Below are positions 10,413-19,242 of a DNA stretch of 64,000 nt, piece after piece (position 1 is the first letter of the stretch; the number at the start of each line of letters is the position of its first letter). The stretch lies in the sequence record OK148440; one strand, 5' to 3'. A program made the position numbers and the translations under genes. Origin of the DNA: Escherichia phage MLP3. The notes beneath the pieces are model-generated. The model saw only the letters and a list, made by a program, of their open reading frames with translations, was not told where the DNA came from and searched no databases.

Positions 10413-11062
10413 TATTGAATCATCCCTTGAAGATCTTCTTTATCAAAGTGCTTCTCTACTACCGCTTCATACAGATCACGATTCTCTGAATAACGACGAT
10501 AGAAGGTTCCGTGTGAAATTCCCAACTCTTGCTGGATGTGATCATGTGGGATGCCGAGAAAGAGCATTGAGAACATGCTTGCCATCTTACGGTTTTCCAT
10601 AATGTCACTCAGGTCTTGGAAGAAGAAAAAGATTCTAGATTCCAAGAACGGGTCTCCAGTAGAATCATGCTTATCCATCGCAATCTCTAAAGGACTTTCC
10701 CATGAATTCATCTCAGGAGGTCTAAACATATCAGCCTCTGGAATAGAGTAGATACGTCGGTCTCCAACTGTCTGGCGATTAGAACGAATCGACCAGATGA
10801 TATTCTTGACACGATAAGTCATGTGCTCAATATCTTTTTCATCAGTGAGCAGAAGTTCTTCTTGCTTTGCAAACACAAAACGCCAAGCGTTCAGTAATAC
10901 TTCCTGAGCAACATCCTCTGCCTCGTGATAGTCTTTAATGTCATACATAAAATACTTATGCACAACTTTCCAGTTCTCTCGATAAAATTCATCGAAGGTT
11001 GGATAATATTTAATAGGAATGCCATGAATACGATAGCGTGTGGGTGTTGTCTTTTTCTTCAT
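10412..11062 (-). CDS. sigma-70 family (ECF-like) sigma factor
   Basis: region-2-like [15 protein letters not shown] and region-4-like [13 protein letters not shown] segments. Confidence 0.5.
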   Translation of the reverse strand: MKKKTTPTRYRIHGIPIKYYPTFDEFYRENWKVVHKYFMYDIKDYHEAEDVAQEVLLNAWRFVFAKQEELLLTDEKDIEHMTYRVKNIIWSIRSNRQTVGDRRIYSIPEADMFRPPEMNSWESPLEIAMDKHDSTGDPFLESRIFFFFQDLSDIMENRKMASMFSMLFLGIPHDHIQQELGISHGTFYRRYSENRDLYEAVVEKHFDKEDLQGMIQ

Positions 11063-11086
11063 AAGTCGTCCTTAACTTATTTTATA

Positions 11087-11311
11087 TTAAACTACACAGA
11101 ACAAATACATTGCTGTGTCAGGACAAGGGATGTGATCGCTAGGTTGCCTAATTCTATCCCATTCACCATCTTCTGCTATATAATAAGCCCAATAAGACTC
11201 ACCATCGTTGATGAAGAATTTGAATGTTCGTCCCCAAATCTGATTATTATGTTCCCATACTGCATGAAATTGAGTAACACCTTCTGGTATTGTAAGTTCC
11301 GCTCTGATCAT
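11087..11311 (-). CDS. hypothetical protein
   Basis: ATG; ATGA overlap with upstream gene. Confidence 0.4.
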   Translation of the reverse strand: MIRAELTIPEGVTQFHAVWEHNNQIWGRTFKFFINDGESYWAYYIAEDGEWDRIRQPSDHIPCPDTAMYLFCVV

Positions 11312-11568
11312 TGTATTCCTCTCTCCTTGAGAGCTTTCAGTAAACCATTATGGTTAGCAGCACAGGTTGTGTAGTTGTCCTGATACCACTCTAATGTTGC
11401 TGCAAATGCCACTCCCTGTGCACTCTGAAGCAAAGGGAGATCAACATCACACTCAGCTTTTAGGTTTGTTGGTAAGGGCATTAGCTGCCTGCTGTTGTCG
11501 CTCGTTGAACAAGCTGACATACTCATCACTAGCACACACATTGTAAAAAACTGGCTTAGTCTTTTCAT
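11308..11568 (-). CDS. outer-membrane spanin (o-spanin) lipoprotein
   Basis: signal peptide with lipobox-like SMSAC; Pro-rich; overlaps i-spanin out of frame. Confidence 0.5.
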   Translation of the reverse strand: MKRLSQFFTMCVLVMSMSACSTSDNSRQLMPLPTNLKAECDVDLPLLQSAQGVAFAATLEWYQDNYTTCAANHNGLLKALKERGIQ

Positions 11569-11800
11569 AATGCATCTCTTTGTAAATAGTTTCCGTGTTC
11601 TTCTTCCAGTTAGATAAACCAGTCAGAACTTTCTGAGCCACTTCATCAGCAGCCTTAGCTCTCTCAATCTCAATCTCTTGCTGTTTCTTCTCTTGGTCAA
11701 GAGCATTGCTGTCATTTCGATATTGCTCAAACTTGACACCACCAAAGAAAACCAGAGCTGTGAAGATTAAAAAACCTATATTGTTTTGAAGCTTTTCCAT
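11453..11800 (-). CDS. inner-membrane spanin (i-spanin)
   Basis: N-terminal TM helix then coiled-coil periplasmic domain; start placed at internal ATG (MEKLQNN). Confidence 0.5.
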   Translation of the reverse strand: MEKLQNNIGFLIFTALVFFGGVKFEQYRNDSNALDQEKKQQEIEIERAKAADEVAQKVLTGLSNWKKNTETIYKEMHYEKTKPVFYNVCASDEYVSLFNERQQQAANALTNKPKS

Positions 11801-11813
11801 TTTAACTCCAACG

Positions 11814-11836
11814 AAAAAAGCCACCCGAAGGTGGCT
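11814..11836 (-). terminator. rho-independent terminator downstream of SSB-like gene
   Basis: on minus strand AGCCACC-UUCG-GGUGGCU followed by U6. Confidence 0.55.
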
Positions 11837-11858
11837 AAGCTATTACAAGGAGAGATTC

Positions 11859-12599
11859 TTAGAATGGGCTATCATCTTCTTCAAAGGTTGATTGCGGCTC
11901 TTCATTAATGGTAGGGATGCTTGGAGTAGCATCTTTCTGTTCAGTATCAGAAGCTTTAGTAACTTCACGACCAGCCAGAGGGATATTCTTAGCATCGTTA
12001 GCTTGAGTCAAGAGGTTACGTTGGAATGGGAAGATTGCTTGATAAGCAGCTAAGTTAGCGTCAGTCTCAGCATACGGTTCGAAGAAGATCAACTCACTAC
12101 GAGGAGCACCTACCGCGTCACGATATTTAGTCGGGATTGGAGTGATGCTTTTAATGGAGTTTTTCTTCTCACCAGCTTTATTGGTGTAAGAGTTAACCAG
12201 AATGTTAACAGGCTGACCTAACAGCATATCTTTAAACCAACCCAAATCACCTTTCAGTGCTTGAACACTTGGGTCGATCATTTTAATCAGATTTAGAATA
12301 CCAGAGTTCTTAGCTCGTGGGTTTACATCGAAAGATTTAAACTGGCAAGCAGGACGAGGGTCCAGAGGTTTGCCTTCATTATCAGTCCCTGTTGCATCCA
12401 CGCCAATCAGTTCAAAAGCCAAGTCCATACGGAAAGCTGGGTTCTTAGGAGTAACTGCTTTAGTCTTAGGGTCAATCCAAGGGTCACGATTGTGAACACC
12501 TAAACCTACAACACGAACAATACGTGCTTCGTACTCACCATCAGGGATTACATCGTAGTTGGATTTACGGGATACAGACAGTTCAGGGATCATAGACAT
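11859..12599 (-). CDS. ssDNA-binding protein-like, acidic C-terminal tail
   Basis: C-terminus FEEDDSPF resembles the SSB acidic tip ending in Phe; sits in replication block. Confidence 0.45.
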   Translation of the reverse strand: MSMIPELSVSRKSNYDVIPDGEYEARIVRVVGLGVHNRDPWIDPKTKAVTPKNPAFRMDLAFELIGVDATGTDNEGKPLDPRPACQFKSFDVNPRAKNSGILNLIKMIDPSVQALKGDLGWFKDMLLGQPVNILVNSYTNKAGEKKNSIKSITPIPTKYRDAVGAPRSELIFFEPYAETDANLAAYQAIFPFQRNLLTQANDAKNIPLAGREVTKASDTEQKDATPSIPTINEEPQSTFEEDDSPF

Positions 12600-12656
12600 A
12601 TTAATATTTCCTTATATAAATTTAAGATTGTTGCTCTCTTTGAGCGGTTTGTATAC

Positions 12657-12667
12657 TATATACATTA
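12657..12667 (-). promoter_or_regulatory. TAATGTATATA motif about 58 nt upstream of SSB-like gene
   Basis: exact motif on minus strand. Confidence 0.35.
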
Positions 12668-12729
12668 CACTTATACAGATAAGGTTCTATTATACTATAA
12701 CCTTTTTGGTAGTAGATAATGACAAGTAG

Positions 12730-12740
12730 TAATGTATATA
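12730..12740 (+). promoter_or_regulatory. TAATGTATATA motif, plus orientation, no downstream plus-strand ORF
   Basis: exact motif, divergent to the copy at 12657-12667. Confidence 0.3.
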
Positions 12741-13145
12741 TGGTATAGCTAGTAAAGCTATTGCAGGCTTGTATATTGGGCAATTCATAGAATCCCTTGC
12801 AAGTACCGAAGGGCAGGAGCCACCTGCGAGATAAAAATAGAGAATTAAGGAAATCCTTGATTTAGGTTGTAGGGACTCCTAGGGACTTTGATTCTCTATT
12901 TAAAAGAATATTAATTACTTACTACCTAAATAATTAACTAACTTACTTAAACCAAACTCAAGAATAATAGATAAAAAGATTATTCCTAAGAAAGCTAAAA
13001 AGTAAAGGATATAAGTTACCATTCAAGTAAACCTTTAAAGTTAGTTTGTTCTACTATCCTCTGATAATGAAGATTAGAATCAGCTTGTTTCTTTAACATC
13101 TCATTATATTTATCTCTGATAGAGTCTTTATAAACTACAGGTTCT

Positions 13146-13667
13146 TTAAATAATGAGATCTTGTTCTTTTCTTCTTTCATCGAAAACCTTCCTAATCTCT
13201 TGCAGAGAAACAGCTTTATAATTAATTTGCTCCATTGATGTACAGAAATATCTCCAATCATCAATTACATGATTATGGGTATGAGCATAAATATTAAACT
13301 TCCCTCTCATTTCATCAGTGTGAATAGGAATATGAGTTACCCAAAACTCTTTATATTTATAATCACCAGAGATTCTACGGAAGACTTTCATCATATCAGG
13401 GAGAAGTTCTAACCTGTCATGGTTTCCTAAGACTAGATGCTTCTCTCCTTTTACTTCAGCGATGATATCAAGGGCATACTTTTCAAACACCCAATCACCG
13501 GTAAAGAAAGTTTTATCACGTTTAGTAACATGGTCAAACGCTGCTAAGATAGCTTTGTCGTGTTCTTCAATACTACTAAACCTCTTCCTAAAGCTACAGA
13601 TGTTACGATGGCCTAGGTGACCATCACCTGCAAAATAAACTTCAGCCATTCTCGTATGTGTCCTCAT
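13146..13667 (-). CDS. metallophosphoesterase (calcineurin-like Ser/Thr phosphatase family)
   Basis: GDGHLGH and GNHD motifs. Confidence 0.7.
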   Translation of the reverse strand: MRTHTRMAEVYFAGDGHLGHRNICSFRKRFSSIEEHDKAILAAFDHVTKRDKTFFTGDWVFEKYALDIIAEVKGEKHLVLGNHDRLELLPDMMKVFRRISGDYKYKEFWVTHIPIHTDEMRGKFNIYAHTHNHVIDDWRYFCTSMEQINYKAVSLQEIRKVFDERRKEQDLII

Positions 13668-13792
13668 AATATGAGTAGTTGAAGGATTCAGCTTTCGTTT
13701 CAGCCTCCTCCATATCGTCTGTTTCCAGAATCACTTTCCAGCCAGAACCATCAGGATACTCAGCTCCTTCGTCTAGCCAGACTTTATATCGT

Positions 13793-13996
13793 TTAGATAG
13801 TGCAACCATCGCAGATGTAATCTCCGCTTAGAGACTCTTGCAAGAGCCGGGATTGTTCATCTGATACCAACTTGTCAACCTCTTCTTTCAGAGCCATAAG
13901 GTCAACAAAGGTTAGTAGCTCGTGTCGGTCAGCAATCACTTGGTATTTGTAGTCATTAGTATGTGGTGCGCTTTGTACGACGTAAATATTAGACAT
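13793..13996 (-). CDS. hypothetical small protein
   Basis: ATG with GGGAG RBS. Confidence 0.4.
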   Translation of the reverse strand: MSNIYVVQSAPHTNDYKYQVIADRHELLTFVDLMALKEEVDKLVSDEQSRLLQESLSGDYICDGCTI

Positions 13997-14220
13997 TATA
14001 AGATCTCCCTTTGTTTAGCGTTAATGACTGACATTGCTGTGATTGGGTTGTTTGTTCCAAGATACTCTAGAACAGGTGGACTACTAACTGGTTTACCAGC
14101 CTCCACGTAATTCTTAACCTTTCCACCAAGAACTGCTAGAGAAGCCTGAGCTTCTGCTTCATCAGTATGAACTCGGTCAACTACTTTCTTTCCAATCTTA
14201 TAAGTATGAACCCAAATCAT
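13996..14220 (-). CDS. hypothetical small protein
   Basis: ATG; contiguous with neighbours. Confidence 0.4.
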   Translation of the reverse strand: MIWVHTYKIGKKVVDRVHTDEAEAQASLAVLGGKVKNYVEAGKPVSSPPVLEYLGTNNPITAMSVINAKQREIL

Positions 14221-14423
14221 TTAACTTCCTCAATATCAACTAGTTCAAAACTTCCTATTTCTTCAAGCTGGATAATCTCTTTAACCTTCTCAACAGCTTT
14301 AATAGGGTTTTCTTCTTCTACAACTTTACACCCTGACACTTCAAGACTGCCTGTTCCACGAAGGTATAAATTCAACTTATAAACTACTTTGTAGTATTTC
14401 ATCGTGCTCCCAATTTCTTTCAT
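14217..14423 (-). CDS. hypothetical small protein
   Basis: ATG; ATGA-type overlap. Confidence 0.4.
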   Translation of the reverse strand: MKEIGSTMKYYKVVYKLNLYLRGTGSLEVSGCKVVEEENPIKAVEKVKEIIQLEEIGSFELVDIEEVK

Positions 14424-14556
14424 AATATCCAGAGTTGTAGTTTAGGGCGCATTTCTCGGCCTCTTCTATGTCGTCTGTGTTTAGGATATTAACCCAACCA
14501 CCAACTTCATCAAAACCCTCTTCTACCTCATTGAACCACACGCTGTATTTCTTCAT
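14377..14556 (-). CDS. hypothetical small acidic protein (start at internal ATG)
   Basis: ATG at 14556 overlaps upstream stop as ATGA. Confidence 0.35.
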   Translation of the reverse strand: MKKYSVWFNEVEEGFDEVGGWVNILNTDDIEEAEKCALNYNSGYYERNWEHDEILQSSL

Positions 14557-14732
14557 CTTGATAAGACCCTTCCCCAATCCTTGATGTAACATCGACCATC
14601 AACCCACTTGGTCTCTGATTTAAACTCTTGAGAGATTCTTGTTTCACAGTCTTCTTTACTGTAATCACCAAGAGCATCCATCACCCAAAGAAACAGAGCA
14701 ATTACAATAGACCAGATTAGAAACTTCTTCAT
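14553..14732 (-). CDS. small membrane protein (59 aa), below the ORF-track cutoff
   Basis: my translation MKKFLIWSIVIALFLWVMDALGDY...; hydrophobic N-terminal helix; ATGA overlaps at both ends. Confidence 0.4.
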   Translation of the reverse strand: MKKFLIWSIVIALFLWVMDALGDYSKEDCETRISQEFKSETKWVDGRCYIKDWGRVLSR

Positions 14733-15121
14733 CGTATCACCAGAGGCTCTTCAGAGTACACAGGAGAGGCTATTTCTACCGGAGGTGCTGCTCTAAGGTC
14801 ATTAAGCCTTACGCCCTTCAGCATACCATCTAGGTGGTCCATTTTAGGGATACCTACAGGGAAGTCATCAATCCAAACATCCACAAAGAAACCCAAGCTC
14901 TGAGTGACGGAATCCTTCTGAACACCATTGCAAAAGATAACAGGAATATCTAGACTTGCTGCATCTGCTAGAAGCTCCTCATTTGAATACCCATTAGGTT
15001 GAGCAAAACGATAGGTGACAATACGAACATCATGTCCACGAGATTTCATAAGACCTACAATGTGGGTCCACATCTCTTTGTCCACTGTAAAAGTATCATC
15101 ATAATCTAAACCAATATTCAT
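14729..15121 (-). CDS. HAD-like phosphatase (possible nucleotidase)
   Basis: N-terminal DYDDT (DxDxT) motif; RBS AAGAGG. Confidence 0.35.
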   Translation of the reverse strand: MNIGLDYDDTFTVDKEMWTHIVGLMKSRGHDVRIVTYRFAQPNGYSNEELLADAASLDIPVIFCNGVQKDSVTQSLGFFVDVWIDDFPVGIPKMDHLDGMLKGVRLNDLRAAPPVEIASPVYSEEPLVIR

Positions 15122-15137
15122 ATTAGCCTCTTAGACA

Positions 15138-15160
15138 AGAAAAGCCACCCGAAGGTAGCT
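15138..15160 (-). terminator. hairpin terminator/attenuator
   Basis: AGCUACC-UUCG-GGUGGCU plus U-rich tail on minus transcript. Confidence 0.45.
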
Positions 15161-15405
15161 TATTTATTCTGTGTTTCCAGTTCGCTGATACGAACTTTCA
15201 AACCGTTAATCTCAGCCTGAGCAGCTTCTAGTTTAATTAGAGCTTCTTCAGCGTCAGCTTCTGTTTGAAGAACCGCAGTGGTTAGTTCGTATAAAGCTTG
15301 GCGGAGAGAATCTTTTCCCATAGCATGAATCTGTGCAACAAAGAATTGCTTACCTTCCGTGGTTTCCAAAGTCTCTTTTAATTCTTTAGATGTTAAAGTC
15401 ATCAT
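15160..15405 (-). CDS. hypothetical coiled-coil protein
   Basis: ATG; 81 aa. Confidence 0.45.
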   Translation of the reverse strand: MMTLTSKELKETLETTEGKQFFVAQIHAMGKDSLRQALYELTTAVLQTEADAEEALIKLEAAQAEINGLKVRISELETQNK

Positions 15406-15572
15406 TACTCCCTTTCATAAATTTTAAGAACTGTACCGCCATCTGCTTCAATCTGAGCAACTACTTCATCGCGCTCTTCATCAGAATAAACCAGTTGGTT
15501 GTGAAATTTGCCTGTACTATCTTGGAAATACACATTCCATTTTGGAGCAGGTTTACGAATCAAATCCATCAT
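15405..15572 (-). CDS. small protein (55 aa), below the ORF-track cutoff
   Basis: my translation MMDLIRKPAPKWNVYFQDSTGKF...; GAGGAG RBS; stop overlaps next ATG. Confidence 0.35.
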   Translation of the reverse strand: MMDLIRKPAPKWNVYFQDSTGKFHNQLVYSDEERDEVVAQIEADGGTVLKIYERE

Positions 15573-15784
15573 TGATCTTTCTCCTCTCGTTCAACCCATG
15601 TATGGAAAAGCTCCCCATACACTTTGGCATCATCAAAACGTCCTTCTTCCTGTGCGAGTTTTTGTTGCTTCAAGCACCATTCAGAACTTTTTACTTCTTC
15701 CACTTCCTTGTCTCCTTAAAAAGAACTAATCAATAAGACTAGTTCATTTCGTAATACGATTCAGCTCTTCCACTGAACTAATCA

Positions 15785-16096
15785 CTACTTCTCCACCACA
15801 AAGAGGTTAACTTCAATGAAAGTTTCGTATTGTGTTGACTCCTGCTTACGGGTGTAGTAGAAATGACGACCTTCTAATGCACCTCCGTACTGAGTGGCAC
15901 ATCTTTTAACCATCTCTTTTATCACATCTACAACTGATTCGCCTTTCCACGGACGTAACCCCTGAGTTGGGACTTTTGCTGTACAGGTTACTTGTGTGTA
16001 ACCTACATCTTGTAGAGATATCTCAAGAATCAGCTTTGCCCAAGCATCAAAATTAAGCTTGGGGTTATATTTAACTTCAGTTTTGATATCAATCAT
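15785..16096 (-). CDS. hypothetical protein
   Basis: ATG overlapping polymerase stop (TAATG). Confidence 0.45.
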   Translation of the reverse strand: MIDIKTEVKYNPKLNFDAWAKLILEISLQDVGYTQVTCTAKVPTQGLRPWKGESVVDVIKEMVKRCATQYGGALEGRHFYYTRKQESTQYETFIEVNLFVVEK

Positions 16097-17940
16097 TAGT
16101 GAGTATGATTCCAGTTTAATCCAATCTTACAATCTGATGCAAGAGGACATTCCATCTTGAGGTATTCCCCTGCTTTACGAACACATTCTTCAGTGAGGAT
16201 ACGAAGTTTGTTAACATCATCACGATGTACAGTGAACTGTCCTTCATCATGCATGTCAATAACCTTCGCACAACGAACACCATCCCGCTCAATCCATTTA
16301 TTGAGGAATAGCATTGCATACTTCATAACAATCGCCCCAGCGCTCTGTAAGAGTGTATTTAAGGCTTTATGGACCATAACCTTTCCAGTTGCATCTCTTC
16401 TCATTGTAATACGACGTCCATCCACACCGTAGATGTATCCACTTTGCGCTTTCTCTGTCATACGTTCAATAAGGATTGCAATACAAGGGTTCTCTGCTAA
16501 GAATCTTGCTCTCATGATAGCCCCTTCGTCAGAGCCACCACCTACAATACTTCCTAATTTAGCGTCACCTGCCCCATAGTTAAAGGCATATATAAACGTC
16601 TTAGCGTTATCACGAGTAGGAAGACCAGCAAGTTTTTGGTTATGTGAGTGAATGTCTCCTTCTAAAAGAATATCTCTGTACATAACAGCAGAAGCTAGAC
16701 CACGTTCAGCTTCTCGTTTCTTAGCCGGGTTGTTTTCTCGCTCTGCTTCAGCGAGCATCTCACGACATTCTTTAATAAGGTAGTGAGCTAGCATCCTCAG
16801 CTCAAGACCAGAGCCATCGTAACCTAAGAAGATTTCACGACCAGCAGGAACATAGAACTTATAGGCACCTACAGGTTTGTCTTTCTTGCCCGGTTTTCCC
16901 ACTTCGTAGATAATGTTAGTACCCTTTCGTACGTAACACCCATCAGGGATATGGTTGGTAATGATGAAAGGATGGTTATGACTATCGTCTGAGGAATAGT
17001 CAGATTGAAAAAGACTGCGGCACTCGTGACCAAACAAACCGCGAGAAGGAATATTAACAACAATGCGATGTTTAAAACGAAATGTCGGAGTAGCGCAGCT
17101 ATTAGCTTCGGCGGACAACTTACCATCTTTACGTTCCTTGTCGATAAGCCCGCTAATCAAACCTAGCCTGTGAGCCGCTACAACGCGTCTCTTAAGCAAA
17201 CTTCCTACACCCCCTAGCTCACCCCCAAGCCCCTCTTCAAGAGTCTCCTCAAGGTTTGTAGGGGCTGTGGGCCACTTGTTTGATGTAGCCAAAGCTTTTT
17301 TGATTTCATCAAAGGTTACAGGTTTCTTCCTATTCGGATTAAGACCTAAACCACTGACGTAGGCTTTCATGTAGTTGACAGTGTGATAACGGAAATGTTT
17401 ATCCAAAAATCTTCGGATATCAGCATCTATCATCTCCGCTGTCTGTTTCTCTTTAGCATTACCTCGAATCCAAGCAGAATACCATGCAGAGTATGTACCA
17501 TACTTCTTCATAGCTCTACGGATTTCAAATGTATTCCAAGGTTTCTTAGAATAATTCCACTCTGGAGGTATGAAGCCCTCATCCATCAAGGCTTCTTTAA
17601 TACGTGCATCTTTCGATGGGTCGAAGTCTACATACTCAACGCAAGTAAACGCCCCACCGATATCTTCTCTTTTAAGACCAACCCTATCGCAATAGAGCTG
17701 AGGCCACTTCTGTAAAGCACCTGATTTCTTAAAAGGCTTAGCATAAGTTGAACCATCCACCCGCATTTTAGGGAGGAGAGGAATCAGTTCTTTATCAATA
17801 TTGACAATAATCTCTTTGAGAAGGTGAACAAACCACCGAGCGTTTCTTCTGTTGAAGTTGACTCCATGCTTCGCTTGTTTTGAGATTATATCAGCGACTG
17901 TCATCTCCGTTATGAAAGGTAACTTATCAGGGTTATCCAT
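16096..17940 (-). CDS. DNA polymerase, family A, polymerase domain only
   Basis: motif A DGSGLELRMLAHY, motif B RDNAKTFIYAFNYGAG, motif C VIDMHDEG; ATG at 17940 with AAGGAG RBS (table start is GTG at 17943); no exonuclease motifs. Confidence 0.85.
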   Translation of the reverse strand: MDNPDKLPFITEMTVADIISKQAKHGVNFNRRNARWFVHLLKEIIVNIDKELIPLLPKMRVDGSTYAKPFKKSGALQKWPQLYCDRVGLKREDIGGAFTCVEYVDFDPSKDARIKEALMDEGFIPPEWNYSKKPWNTFEIRRAMKKYGTYSAWYSAWIRGNAKEKQTAEMIDADIRRFLDKHFRYHTVNYMKAYVSGLGLNPNRKKPVTFDEIKKALATSNKWPTAPTNLEETLEEGLGGELGGVGSLLKRRVVAAHRLGLISGLIDKERKDGKLSAEANSCATPTFRFKHRIVVNIPSRGLFGHECRSLFQSDYSSDDSHNHPFIITNHIPDGCYVRKGTNIIYEVGKPGKKDKPVGAYKFYVPAGREIFLGYDGSGLELRMLAHYLIKECREMLAEAERENNPAKKREAERGLASAVMYRDILLEGDIHSHNQKLAGLPTRDNAKTFIYAFNYGAGDAKLGSIVGGGSDEGAIMRARFLAENPCIAILIERMTEKAQSGYIYGVDGRRITMRRDATGKVMVHKALNTLLQSAGAIVMKYAMLFLNKWIERDGVRCAKVIDMHDEGQFTVHRDDVNKLRILTEECVRKAGEYLKMECPLASDCKIGLNWNHTH

Positions 17941-17956
17941 CACCCACTCCTTATAG

Positions 17957-18310
17957 TTATTGGTATATTAAGTCTGTGAATGCTTGGTTGTCTTCAACAA
18001 TATCTAAAGCTTCATATGAATCAGCCAATTCATCCACATAAAAGACTGCTGGAATATCTTCTGCTCGCTGTCTACGAGATTCCCTTTGTTCATTGATATT
18101 TCTTTGAACCTGTGCAAGTTTCATACCCCACACCTGCTCATACAACTCTGGATATTTGTCACTAACCACTACATAGTTTCGAGCTGGTTGGTTTCTATTA
18201 ATCTTCGCTGTCAACTCAATAAACTGGCGAAACTCTTGAATAGAGAGGTTGTCATGAATATTATCCCATTTGAGAACGCAGTGACGTTCTAGGCGTTGAG
18301 GTACTGGCAT
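17957..18310 (-). CDS. hypothetical protein
   Basis: ATG; 117 aa. Confidence 0.45.
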   Translation of the reverse strand: MPVPQRLERHCVLKWDNIHDNLSIQEFRQFIELTAKINRNQPARNYVVVSDKYPELYEQVWGMKLAQVQRNINEQRESRRQRAEDIPAVFYVDELADSYEALDIVEDNQAFTDLIYQ

Positions 18311-18313
18311 AAC

Positions 18314-18571
18314 TTACTCCACTGTCGGGAATGGTTTTAGGTTGTTCATGGCTGTACGAACATCAGCACAGATTTCAGGATCACGATAAGAGAGGAATTT
18401 ACCATCCTTACCACGAATCATTACATTAGTCCGTGCTGTTTTATTAGGCAATAAAGAAATCCCTCCAATAAGATGGTTGGTAGGGTGTTGTCCTTGATTA
18501 ACCTTGTAGTCATGAGTCTGAGCGTCACCATTAAAGAGATGATCACGAATTTGGATTAAGCTAATCTTCAT
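18314..18571 (-). CDS. small protein, paralog pair member 1
   Basis: shares KTARTNV.IRG.DGKF.S.RD...NLKPFP with 18573-18824. Confidence 0.45.
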   Translation of the reverse strand: MKISLIQIRDHLFNGDAQTHDYKVNQGQHPTNHLIGGISLLPNKTARTNVMIRGKDGKFLSYRDPEICADVRTAMNNLKPFPTVE

Positions 18572-18572
18572 A

Positions 18573-18824
18573 TTATGCACCAAAGTTAGGGAAAGGTTTC
18601 AGATTTTCAATAGACTTAGCAATACGCTTAGGAACAGCCTTATCACGGAAGGAGATGAACTTTCCATCAGGACCACGAAGGGCTACATTAGTACGAGCTG
18701 TTGTTTTGTTAAACTGAATCATCTCAACAGAGCTTGTAACATTTTCTACAGGAAAAGTATAGCTCTCAGTTGTGTTCAGAGAAGGGAGGAAATCAGTTAC
18801 AGTGATGTAAGTTACTTTAGACAT
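18573..18824 (-). CDS. small protein, paralog pair member 2
   Basis: tandem paralog; ATG at 18824 with AAGGT RBS (table start is GTG at 18860). Confidence 0.45.
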   Translation of the reverse strand: MSKVTYITVTDFLPSLNTTESYTFPVENVTSSVEMIQFNKTTARTNVALRGPDGKFISFRDKAVPKRIAKSIENLKPFPNFGA

Positions 18825-18845
18825 ATTTATTACCTTAGGTTCTAT

Positions 18846-18875
18846 AAAAGAAAAGGCCACCCGAAATGGGTAGCC
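18846..18875 (-). terminator. rho-independent terminator
   Basis: GGCUACCC-AUUUC-GGGUGGCC plus U-rich tail on minus transcript. Confidence 0.55.
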
Positions 18876-18880
18876 TTATA

Positions 18881-19198
18881 TCAACTTGAGCTTAAAGCTC
18901 CTTTGCGACCGCCTGCTGATTTTCCAGCACGATCTCCACTTTTGCCGCCGTTCGAGCGATTTCGAGAGACTGATTCAACACGTAAGTTACTTGACGCATT
19001 AGAACCTCCCGACTTGATTGATCGTTTGTGTCCAACATCTTTACCTCGGACAGCAGCTTTTCCATCGCGCTTTTCAACGATGCGACGTGCACGGTGGCGC
19101 TGAGCATCTCCGCTCTTGCTACCAACGCCGGTCTCACCCCTTGCGATTGCAGTTCTTCGTTCTTGTGCATAATCACGTTTCGCCTTATCGGTCATCAT
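18881..19198 (-). CDS. highly basic low-complexity protein (R/K/G/S-rich), possible nucleic-acid-binding
   Basis: ATG ATG with strong AAGGAG RBS; fully overlaps an alternative-frame ORF. Confidence 0.4.
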   Translation of the reverse strand: MMTDKAKRDYAQERRTAIARGETGVGSKSGDAQRHRARRIVEKRDGKAAVRGKDVGHKRSIKSGGSNASSNLRVESVSRNRSNGGKSGDRAGKSAGGRKGALSSS

Positions 19199-19242
19199 AA
19201 CTCCTTAATATATCAGTGTACACTAAGGAGTATACATTATGT

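Noticed and set aside
16116-17715. ORFs antisense to or out of frame with the DNA polymerase gene
   Set aside because: Embedded in a gene with unambiguous polymerase motifs.
18892-19170. 92-aa alternative-frame ORF inside the basic-protein gene
   Set aside because: Not rejected outright; kept as a finding, but not listed as a feature because its initiation context is weaker.
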